Shown: positions 57,301 through 64,000 of the stretch, piece by piece | Position numbering within the stretch: the first letter of the stretch is position 1 | Layout: each line of letters begins with the position of its first letter | Origin: Candidatus Lustribacter sp. | GTDB taxonomy: Bacteria > Vulcanimicrobiota > Vulcanimicrobiia > Vulcanimicrobiales > Vulcanimicrobiaceae | Length of the DNA stretch: 64,000 bases | Direction of reading: 5' to 3' | NCBI GenBank assembly: GCA_965277805.1 | Contig: OZ255842.1 | Span: forward strand, 3,264,001-3,328,000 | The notes under the pieces: generated by a model | Told to the model about the DNA's origin: nothing | Databases searched by the model: none | What the model saw: only the letters and a program-made list of their open reading frames with translations | Translations under genes and position numbers: made by a program

Positions 57301-57632
57301 TCACGGCGACCGCGATCGACGCGGCCGTCGGCGGCGTACGCTATCGCGCGTGGCGCGGTCCGCACGCGCTCCACCCCACGATCGCGCCGCACGGACCGCT
57401 CGTCTGCGAGATTTGGGATGAGGCCGTGTCGCGTTCGCTCGGCGGCTGCACGTATCACATCACGCATCCGGGCGGCCGCAATTACACGACCTTTCCCGTC
57501 AACGCCTACGAGGCGGAAGGCCGGCGGCTCGCGCGCTTCGAGCCGTTCGGCTTTACGCCGGGCGTTTTCGTGCCGCCGGCGCTGACGCCGAACCCGGATT
57601 TTCCGCACACGCTCGATCTGCGGCGTCGCTAG
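54321..57632 (+). CDS. Transglutaminase + DUF2126 (putative amidoligase) fusion protein
   Basis: IRLRPAPH N-domain, GSCRD (Cys), DLHAWCEVYLPGAGW.GLDPTSG, TMGGEPTF, TPDPGVIEVN, HTGTGGGNH and GLVEFR motifs. Confidence 0.92.
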   Translation: MSIRVALHHMTRYTYDRRVNLGPQVIRLRPAPHCRTPITAYRLDVQPANHFLNWQQDPQANWLARVLVPDPTTELSVTVDLVADLAVINPFDFFLEASAEQYPFAYDPQLALELAPYLVAEPLGQRFENYLAAIDRTPKPTTAFVFGLNAGLQHDVRYVIRMEPGVQTPDETLELGSGSCRDSAWLLVNLLRRLGLAARFASGYLIQLKADVQALDGPSGATQDFTDLHAWCEVYLPGAGWVGLDPTSGLFAGEGHIPLACAANPLSASPISGTVDPCEVTFGFEMSVTRVYEPPRVTKPYSEAQWRAIDALGEHVDQALEAGDVRLTMGGEPTFVSVDDMDAEEWTTGAVGPTKRDFADTLVRRLRDRFAPGAALHYGQGKWYPGEPLPRWAFALYWRGDGKPMWHDADLIARERASAQPTEADAAALARGVAERINVDPAFVAPVYEDARTLVVKEADLPENVTAFDSKLEDPEERARLARSFTRGLNVPAAYVLPVQRWNAIHAGRWRSEHWTTRLGRLHLVPGDSPAGLRLPLASLPHLEENDRPTVVPRDPFASLAPLPDTTAADDPYAPPQQFVSAGAADPRRMQQFVEQGIAIDGSVRTAISIEPRDGRLCVFMPPTESAADYLELLGAVEQSAAELGQPVHIEGYAPPYDPRINVIKVTPDPGVIEVNIHPARSWRDAVAITTTIYEEAHQARLTTEKFQLDGKHTGTGGGNHIVVGAATPVDSPFLRRPDLLKSIVGFWQNHPSLSYMFSGLFIGPTSQAPRVDEARLDSLYELEIAFSEVPPRSSARVSPWLVDRIFRNLLIDVTGSTHRTEICIDKLYSPDGPAGRLGLVEFRSFEMPPHAEMSLAQQLLIRALMARFWDEPYDAGLVRWGTALHDRFMLPQFVWTDFLDVLRDLKAHGFTFDPAWFQPHWEFRFPRYGSVQYDGVKLELRGALEPWNVMGEEGTAGGTVRYVDGSVERLEVTISGFTAGRHHVIVNGRRVPLTATAIDAAVGGVRYRAWRGPHALHPTIAPHGPLVCEIWDEAVSRSLGGCTYHITHPGGRNYTTFPVNAYEAEGRRLARFEPFGFTPGVFVPPALTPNPDFPHTLDLRRR

Positions 57633-57639
57633 CGCAAAC

Positions 57640-60153
57640 GTGGCCAATGCAGCTCCGCTCTTCGGTGAAGAGGCCCTCGGACGTTACGACGAGTTGATCG
57701 ACGGCTCGGGCGCCGTGCGTCCGCACTGGCAGCGTTTGGCCGCGGCCTTCGCCGCGATGGGACCGGACGAATACCGGCATCGCATCGAGTCGGCCACGCG
57801 CATGGTGCGCGAAAACGGCGTCACGTACAACGCATACGACGAAGCGTCGGGGCTCGACCGGCTCTGGCAACTCGACATCGCACCGTTCGTCGTCAGCGCC
57901 GGCGATTGGGCGATCATCGAAGCCGCCGCCGGGCAGCGCGCGCGGCTGGCCAACGCGATCCTGCACGATCTCTACGGCGAGCAGCGCCTTCTGCGCGAGG
58001 GGATCGTGCCGCCGCACCTCGTGCTCGGTCATCCGCAGTATCTGCGCGCGCTGCAAGGCGTGGTTCCGCCGAACGGCGTGCACGTTCACCTCTACTCGAT
58101 GGACATCGCGCGGATGCCCAACGGTTCGTGGACCGTCCACGCCAGCCGCGCCGATGCGCCGACCGGGCTCGGCTACGCGCTCGAAAACCGCGTCGTCGTC
58201 AGCCAGACGTTTCCGGAACTCTTCGGCGATCTCGGCGTCCAGCGTTTAGCGACGTTTTTCCGGCATCATCGCGACGCCGTCGTGAACCTCGCCGGCGGCG
58301 TCGCCGGTCACGCCGTTCTTCTCACGCCCGGTCCGTACAACGAAGCCTATTTCGAACACGCGTATCTGGCGCGCTACTTAGGTCTCGAACTCGTCGAAGG
58401 CGACGATCTCTCCGTGCGCGAGGGCATGGTCTATCTGCGCACGCTGGGCGGCCTCGAGCGCGTCTCGGTCATCTTCCGCCGGCTCGACTCCGACTTCGCC
58501 GATCCGCTCGAGCTGCGCGCGGATTCCGCTCTCGGCGTTCCCGGTCTCGTGGAAGCGATTCGCGCCGGCAACGTCGTCATGGCAAACGCGCTTGGCGGCG
58601 GCGTCGTCGAATCTCCGGCACTCGATGCCTATCTGCCGAACGTTGCGCGCGCGCTGTTCGGCGAAGATCTGCTCTGCCGCGACATTCCCACGGTCTGGTG
58701 CGGCACGTCGTGGGGCCGTGCCGAAGGGCTCGCGCGCCTGCGCACAGGGATCGTTCGCAGCGCGTTCGACGCCTGGCCGATCTTTTCGCGCGGCTCGTCG
58801 GCGCGTTCGGGCAGCGATCTCGGCGCCGACGAAATCGTCGCCGTGGCCGACACGATCGAGCGGCGCGGGGCGACGATGGTCGTTCAGGATCTCGTTCCGC
58901 TGGGCGTCGCACCGACGTTCGAACGCGGGAACTTCACCTCGCGGCCGATGACGCTGCGCGTCTTTGCGGCCTGGACGCCCAACGGTTACGTGGTGATGCC
59001 GGGCGGGCTGGCCCGCATCGCGAGCGACGATTCCGTGCGCGCGATCTCGATGCAGTCGGGCTCGGCCAGCAAGGATGTGTGGGCGCTCGCCAGCGGTCCG
59101 GTCGACACGTTTAGCCTGTTGCGGCCGCCGACGGCGCGCGTGGAGATCCGACGCTCCGGAAACGAAGCGCCGAGCCGCGCGATGGACAATCTGTTTTGGC
59201 TCGCGCGATACGCCGAGCGCCTCGAGCATTTGGTTCGCGTTCTGCGCGCGGTGGTGATCCGGTTGGCCGGCGACGGCGGGTCGACCACCACGATGACGGC
59301 CGTCGCGCTCGTGCAGCGTTTGCTGCTCCCGCTCAAGTACGTCACCGAGGAAGCCGTCGAGGAAGCCGTTGCGGGCAACGATGCCGCGCTGCGCGACGAA
59401 GTCGACGACGTCATCTTCGGCAAGGAGCTGATCGGACTGCAGCGGCTGCTCCAGCGCGTCGCGCGGACGGCGTGGGCCGCGCGCGACCGGCTCTCGCTCG
59501 ATACGTGGCGCGCCATCTACGCGCTGACCACGCGCGATACGCCCGACGACACGCCCGATGCGTTCGGCTGGGCCGGCGCGCTCGCATATCTCGACATGCT
59601 GATCCGGCGCACCGCCGCGCTTTCCGGCCTGGCCGATGAAAACATGACGCGCGGCAACAACTGGCTCTTCTTCGATCTCGGACGTCGCATCGAGCGCACG
59701 CTCGCCGCGTGCGACGTGCTGCGCCGCACGCTCACCGTTGCCGACGAGCGTGAGAGCGGCGCGATTCAGGTCGCACTCGAAATCGCGGACAGCGCGATGA
59801 CCTATTCGTACCGCTACCAGAACGCGTTTCAAGCCGCGCCGGCGATCGATCTGCTCTTGCTCGATGCGAGCAACCCGCGCGCCGTCGCATTTCAGATCGA
59901 TGCGATCGCGCGGCACACCGGCGATCTGCCGATGATCACCGAGGCGCAGCAGCACGCGCAGGGTCGCATGATCGCGCTGAGCCTGAAGGCGGAGATCGCC
60001 TCGGCCGACGCGTACGCCCTGGCAACGATCGGCGCCGGACGCGAGCGGACGGCGTTGATCGCGCAGCTGGACGCGACCGAGGGCGCGGTCTCGCGGATTG
60101 CCGAAGTCGTCGGCGACGCCTACCTGCAGCATCTGCGGCGCTACCGCGCGTGA
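57640..60153 (+). CDS. Circularly permuted type 2 ATP-grasp + alpha-E (DUF403) fusion protein
   Basis: ENGVTYN, APTGLGYALENR, LLTPGPYNEAYFEH, RRLDSDFADPLEL, VMPGGLAR, SKDVW, LFWLARYAER and GRRIER motifs. Confidence 0.93.
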   Translation: MANAAPLFGEEALGRYDELIDGSGAVRPHWQRLAAAFAAMGPDEYRHRIESATRMVRENGVTYNAYDEASGLDRLWQLDIAPFVVSAGDWAIIEAAAGQRARLANAILHDLYGEQRLLREGIVPPHLVLGHPQYLRALQGVVPPNGVHVHLYSMDIARMPNGSWTVHASRADAPTGLGYALENRVVVSQTFPELFGDLGVQRLATFFRHHRDAVVNLAGGVAGHAVLLTPGPYNEAYFEHAYLARYLGLELVEGDDLSVREGMVYLRTLGGLERVSVIFRRLDSDFADPLELRADSALGVPGLVEAIRAGNVVMANALGGGVVESPALDAYLPNVARALFGEDLLCRDIPTVWCGTSWGRAEGLARLRTGIVRSAFDAWPIFSRGSSARSGSDLGADEIVAVADTIERRGATMVVQDLVPLGVAPTFERGNFTSRPMTLRVFAAWTPNGYVVMPGGLARIASDDSVRAISMQSGSASKDVWALASGPVDTFSLLRPPTARVEIRRSGNEAPSRAMDNLFWLARYAERLEHLVRVLRAVVIRLAGDGGSTTTMTAVALVQRLLLPLKYVTEEAVEEAVAGNDAALRDEVDDVIFGKELIGLQRLLQRVARTAWAARDRLSLDTWRAIYALTTRDTPDDTPDAFGWAGALAYLDMLIRRTAALSGLADENMTRGNNWLFFDLGRRIERTLAACDVLRRTLTVADERESGAIQVALEIADSAMTYSYRYQNAFQAAPAIDLLLLDASNPRAVAFQIDAIARHTGDLPMITEAQQHAQGRMIALSLKAEIASADAYALATIGAGRERTALIAQLDATEGAVSRIAEVVGDAYLQHLRRYRA

Positions 60154-61028
60154 GCACATACATCGTCCGCCACCGGACCACGTACACCTACGAATCCGAC
60201 GTCGCCTACTCGCGCATCGTCGCCCATCTCGTCCCGCGCGAGACGCCGCGCCAGCAGCGGCTCTTTACCGAGGTGACCGTCGAGCCGAAACCGCTCAAGC
60301 GCTTCGAGCGCACGGATTTTTTCGGCAACACCACCAGCTGGTGCATCATCGACGAGCCGCACGACGAACTCGACGTCACCGCCGAGAGCCGCGTGTCGGT
60401 CGAACCGATACCGAACTACACGTTGGTGCCGGGGACCGCCTGGGAGGACGTCCGCTCGTCGTTCGAGCCGCCGCAACCGCCGGACATGTTCGACGTCGTG
60501 CAGTTCACGTTCGATACGCCCCTGACGGAAAGCGATCGCGGTGTCGTCTCGTATGCGCGCCGGAGCTTTACGCCCGGGCGCAAGCTCTTCGCCGCGGTCC
60601 TCGACCTCAACTCGCGCATTCATGCCGACTTCGCGTTCGACAAGAAAGCGACCGACACGCACACGACGGTCAAAGAAGCCTTTGCGTTACGGGCGGGTGT
60701 CTGCCAAGATCTCGCCCACGTCGGCATTTCGTGCGTGCGCTCGATGGGCCTCGCCGCGCGCTACGTCAGCGGCTATTTGCGCACGCATCCGCCGCCGGGG
60801 CGCGAACGTCTCATCGGCGCGGATGCCAGCCACGCGTGGTTTTCGGTCTGGATCCCGCCCTTCGGCTGGGTCGACTTCGACCCCACCAACGACATGCTGC
60901 CCAGCAGCGAACACATCACCGTTGCCTGGGGCCGCGAATACGGCGACGTGACGCCGATCCACGGCATCATCACCGGCGGAAGCGAGCACGAAGTCGACGT
61001 CGCCGTCGACGTGATCCCCGAACTCTAG
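60150..61028 (+). CDS. Transglutaminase family protein
   Basis: HRTTYTY, GVCQDLAH, ARYVSGY, ASHAW, DFDPTN and GREYGDV motifs. Confidence 0.93.
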   Translation: MSTYIVRHRTTYTYESDVAYSRIVAHLVPRETPRQQRLFTEVTVEPKPLKRFERTDFFGNTTSWCIIDEPHDELDVTAESRVSVEPIPNYTLVPGTAWEDVRSSFEPPQPPDMFDVVQFTFDTPLTESDRGVVSYARRSFTPGRKLFAAVLDLNSRIHADFAFDKKATDTHTTVKEAFALRAGVCQDLAHVGISCVRSMGLAARYVSGYLRTHPPPGRERLIGADASHAWFSVWIPPFGWVDFDPTNDMLPSSEHITVAWGREYGDVTPIHGIITGGSEHEVDVAVDVIPEL

Positions 61029-62035
61029 TCGTTGATGACGGACAACCCGAAGATCGAAGGTAAGCCCGTGACGATCTGCTTGAACGAATCGCCGTAGTCG
61101 CTCGACATCCATACGGAACCGTCGCTCATGCCGGCGAGGAACGACCCGGCGGTGCGGCGATCCGTCGTGACCGCACGCGGCGAGGGCAGAATCATTTCCG
61201 GCAAACCGCCGCCGCTGAGCATCGTCCAGTGCTTGCCCTGATCTTCGCTGCGGAAGAGTCCGGCGTTCGCGCCCTGCGGGCCGCGCCACGTGAGCGGCGG
61301 ACCGGCCGATGCCGCGGTGAAGAGCACGTTGGGCTTCGATGAATCGACGGCCAGCTGCGACATGTACCTGCGGCTGAGGCCGTCGTTGGCCAACGTGAAG
61401 TGCTCGCCGCCGTCCTCGCTGCGGAAACAGCCTTTGCCGCTCGTCGTGACGATCACGTCGGCGTTGTCGGGCATCACGGTGACGGTGTGCGAATCGAATT
61501 CCGCCCCGTTCTTGATCGTCGCCCACGTTTCGCCGCCGTCAACCGAGCGGATGATGTAGCCTTCTTCGATCGCGCCGAAGATGCGCTTGGGATCGCTGCG
61601 CGAGAGCCCGAGGCCTTTGACGTGCGCGATGTAAGGCGGACCGGGGAACGTCCATTCTTTGGTTTCGGGCATCGTGTGCATCTGCTCGCTGAACGTCCAC
61701 GACTCACCGTAGTCGACGCTCTTGAAGACGGCCGCCGGTCCGGTCCCGACGTAGATTTCACCGGTGTCCGGATGCTGCGCGATGCACCAGCATTGCTTGA
61801 AGATGATGCCGTTGTTCTTCTCGGCCCACGTCTTGCCGCCATCGTCGGACCGGAAGACGCCGCCGCGCCCGGTAACGGCGTAGCGCCGGTTCGGCAAACG
61901 ATGATCGGCGAGGATCGGCCACACGCGTCCTTGACCCTGCAGGCCCACCGGCTGCACGTCGCGCACGGCGCCGTTGAGGCGGCCCGCAAAGAGACCGTTT
62001 TCGGTGGAAACGTAGAGCGTCGACTCGTCGGCCAT
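61025..62035 (-). CDS. BNR/Asp-box repeat beta-propeller protein (cytoplasmic)
   Basis: Repeated SxDxGxxW/F boxes (RSDDGGKTW, KSVDYGESW, RSVDGGETW, RSEDGGEHF, RSEDQGKHW, SSDYGDSF). Confidence 0.85.
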   Translation of the reverse strand: MADESTLYVSTENGLFAGRLNGAVRDVQPVGLQGQGRVWPILADHRLPNRRYAVTGRGGVFRSDDGGKTWAEKNNGIIFKQCWCIAQHPDTGEIYVGTGPAAVFKSVDYGESWTFSEQMHTMPETKEWTFPGPPYIAHVKGLGLSRSDPKRIFGAIEEGYIIRSVDGGETWATIKNGAEFDSHTVTVMPDNADVIVTTSGKGCFRSEDGGEHFTLANDGLSRRYMSQLAVDSSKPNVLFTAASAGPPLTWRGPQGANAGLFRSEDQGKHWTMLSGGGLPEMILPSPRAVTTDRRTAGSFLAGMSDGSVWMSSDYGDSFKQIVTGLPSIFGLSVIND

Positions 62036-62051
62036 GTTCGTATCTCCGGGA

Positions 62052-62963
62052 TTATGCGGAAGCGGGATGGAGCGCCGACCGCGCACAACTGACGACGAAA
62101 TCGGTGAGGCGATCGCTCAGCAAGTGCTCGTCGATGCCGCTCGCGTTCAGATGCGCGATTTGCGAAACGTGGTTGTGATGCGGTAAGTAGAGCACGTTCG
62201 GCCACCGGCCGTCGCGCTCGAAGAATGCTTGGGCGAGATTCCACGACTGACGGTGGGCACCCGGCGCGTCGAACTCCGAGATCGAAATCATCACCGGCAA
62301 ACCCGACGCCACGAGCCCCGGGACGCACGATGCCTCGGCGCGCGCCTGCGCGTCGTTGCCGAAGTAGGCGACGACGTGCGGCGCCGACGCGCTGAACTCG
62401 TACGATCCCGACATCAGCACGATCCCGTTGACGCCGCCGCCGGGCCGCGCGTGCAGATCGGGTCGCGCACCGTAGCACGCCACGTGCGTCGCGCCGGCGG
62501 ATTGTCCCAGCAGCGTGATCGCGTCCGGATCGCCGCCGTACGGCGCGATATTTGCCCGCACCCAGTCAACGGCCGCGCCGACGTCGGCCGCACCGGCGGG
62601 ATATTTGTGGGCCGGCGCGAGGCGATAGGTCATCGTAACGCCGACGAAACCGTTGCGCGCCGCCCACACGCCGACGTTGTCGTTGTACGGTGTTCCCGGC
62701 GTGCGCTTGTCGCCGCCGATGTAGGCGCCGCCGTGAACGAAGAGCACCACCGGCCGCGCGCCGGCGGCCTCGGCCGGAGCGAAGATGTCCAGCCGATGGC
62801 GCGGGTCGGGCCCGTACTGCTCGTCGCGCACCACGCGCAAGTTCGCATACGGCTCCGTTTCGTGATACGGGGTCAGCACCGCGCGCACCGCGGCGCCCTC
62901 TTCGGGAGCGAGCGGCACGCTGAGCTTTATCGCGGCCACCGCGCGGATCAGGTCTTCACGCAT
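62052..62963 (-). CDS. Alpha/beta hydrolase (carboxylesterase/arylformamidase-like)
   Basis: LDIFAP, FVHGGAYIGGDK, YRLAP, GGDPD...GQSAGA and HNH motifs. Confidence 0.9.
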   Translation of the reverse strand: MREDLIRAVAAIKLSVPLAPEEGAAVRAVLTPYHETEPYANLRVVRDEQYGPDPRHRLDIFAPAEAAGARPVVLFVHGGAYIGGDKRTPGTPYNDNVGVWAARNGFVGVTMTYRLAPAHKYPAGAADVGAAVDWVRANIAPYGGDPDAITLLGQSAGATHVACYGARPDLHARPGGGVNGIVLMSGSYEFSASAPHVVAYFGNDAQARAEASCVPGLVASGLPVMISISEFDAPGAHRQSWNLAQAFFERDGRWPNVLYLPHHNHVSQIAHLNASGIDEHLLSDRLTDFVVSCARSALHPASA

Positions 62964-63891
62964 GATTCATCACCAGTTTATCAACCGTAATCGGTTGGGC
63001 AAGCATTTTGTACTTCACGGCCGCATCGAAGATCGACTGCAGGGCGGGCACTTCGAAGGTCAGCGCATAGCTCTTGGCCCCGATGTCTTGCTGCTGACCG
63101 GTATACTTCGTGATGATCGCCGTGGCTTGCTTGGCGTTTTTGGGATCGTTGGCCCAACGCGCGGCCTTGCGCATCGATTCGGCGAAGGCGCTCACGGTTT
63201 GCGGGTTCTGCGCGATCCAGTCGTTCGTGCCGAACCAGGCCGACACGATGATCCGCGGGTTGCCGAGGCCGTCGAAGGGGTTGCCGAGCGTGCGAATCTG
63301 CGGCCGCACCTGGGTCAACATCGGGTCGGTGAGCGTGGCGGCGTCGACCGTGCCGCGTTCGAGTGCCGGAGCGACTTGCGCCGGCACCAGCTCGACGAAC
63401 TTGACCGCGGTCGAGTCGCCGCCATTGCGGTCGATCCAGGCGTTGAGCGCCAAGCGGATGAGCCCGCTCAAGCTGATCGTCCCGACCGTCTTGCCGCTGA
63501 GATCCTTGGCCGTCTTGATCGGGCTCGACGGCCACACCACGAACGCGTTGGAGGGGTTGCTGTTCACCGCCACGGCCGCCGGCGAAATCCAGCTGATCGG
63601 GATGCCGTGTTCGCGCGCTTGCGCGAGGGTGAGCGTGTTGGCGATGCCGATCTGCGCGTTCCCGGTGGCGATCGCCTCGATCGCCGCTTGACCCTTCGTC
63701 AAGTTCGTGATCTCGACGTCCAAACCGGCGCGCTTGAACATGCCCGTTTCCTGTGCGAAAAACGCCTGGAATCCGTCGGCATCGATGACGATGACGTGGA
63801 GCTTCGCCGGCGTTGCGGCGCGCAGCATCTTCGAGCGCACGGCCGCCAGCGCGGACATCAGGCTCGTAACGAAAGCAGCGCGGCGCATCAT
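62956..63891 (-). CDS. ABC transporter substrate-binding protein, SsuA/THI5-like
   Basis: MRRAAF leader; GMFKRAGLDV and DLSGKTVG motifs. Confidence 0.85.
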   Translation of the reverse strand: MMRRAAFVTSLMSALAAVRSKMLRAATPAKLHVIVIDADGFQAFFAQETGMFKRAGLDVEITNLTKGQAAIEAIATGNAQIGIANTLTLAQAREHGIPISWISPAAVAVNSNPSNAFVVWPSSPIKTAKDLSGKTVGTISLSGLIRLALNAWIDRNGGDSTAVKFVELVPAQVAPALERGTVDAATLTDPMLTQVRPQIRTLGNPFDGLGNPRIIVSAWFGTNDWIAQNPQTVSAFAESMRKAARWANDPKNAKQATAIITKYTGQQQDIGAKSYALTFEVPALQSIFDAAVKYKMLAQPITVDKLVMNHA

Positions 63892-63897
63892 GGTGTC

Positions 63898-63999
63898 CTA
63901 CCGAACGTCGAAGGCGAGGTGATACGCCGGATAACGCTCGCCCGGATGGTCGCGCGCGTTGAGCATCGGCTGCAAGAAGTAGCCGCCGGCAACGGCGTT
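63898..63999 (-). CDS. 3' end of an unidentified CDS (truncated by the window edge)
   Basis: Open frame NAVAGGYFLQPMLNARDHPGERYPAYHLAFDVR* ending 6 bp before the SBP start. Confidence 0.45.
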   Translation of the reverse strand, partial: NAVAGGYFLQPMLNARDHPGERYPAYHLAFDVR

Positions 64000-64000
64000 G

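Noticed and set aside
54264-60159. Long minus-strand ORFs (54264-56573, 58378-60159)
   Set aside because: They are codon-aligned antisense shadows of well-supported + strand genes, Arg/Ala-rich and without motifs.

Overview
High-GC bacterial chromosomal window, densely coding, devoted mostly to uptake and catabolism of small aromatic and heterocyclic compounds. The style (many orphan SsuA/THI5-type binding proteins with degenerate twin-arginine leaders) is reminiscent of Ca. Eremiobacterota/Vulcanimicrobiota; this is inference only. Main blocks: (i) 1-4.6 kb: end of a lower-GC HExxH protein, SDR, old yellow enzyme, msrA and a leader-bearing alpha-hydroxy-acid oxidase. (ii) 4.7-27.1 kb: an IclR-centred divergent locus. 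The right arm encodes N-carbamoylase, hydantoinase, DUF917 and a non-canonical urocanase, matching steps 2-5 of the known ergothioneine/thiourocanate pathway but with no ergothionase in the window. The left arm encodes a DapA-like lyase, an ABC transporter, two UbiD proteins split by an antisense Rieske oxygenase, a phosphoesterase, ATP-dependent hydantoinase A/B and an OphC-like protein. (iii) 27.3-40.2 kb: a TetR-linked aromatic ring-cleavage region with a Rieske oxygenase, an OphC-like protein, a DesZ/LigB-like dioxygenase, a bicupin, an M24-fold hydrolase with substituted metal ligands, and a tandem pair of unannotated proteins with a 3-hydroxyanthranilate-dioxygenase-like rubredoxin tail. 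(iv) 40.5-54.2 kb: transporters, AKR, NUDIX, a LigI-like lactonase, a signal-less TAXI-like protein and one frameshifted SBP. (v) 54.3-61 kb: transglutaminase/DUF2126 + circularly permuted ATP-grasp/alpha-E + transglutaminase operon. (vi) BNR propeller, esterase and SBP. Two related REP/MITE-like inverted-repeat elements lie at convergent junctions. I saw no rRNA, tRNA, CRISPR array or transposase. All product calls come from motifs recognised by eye; no database search was run.
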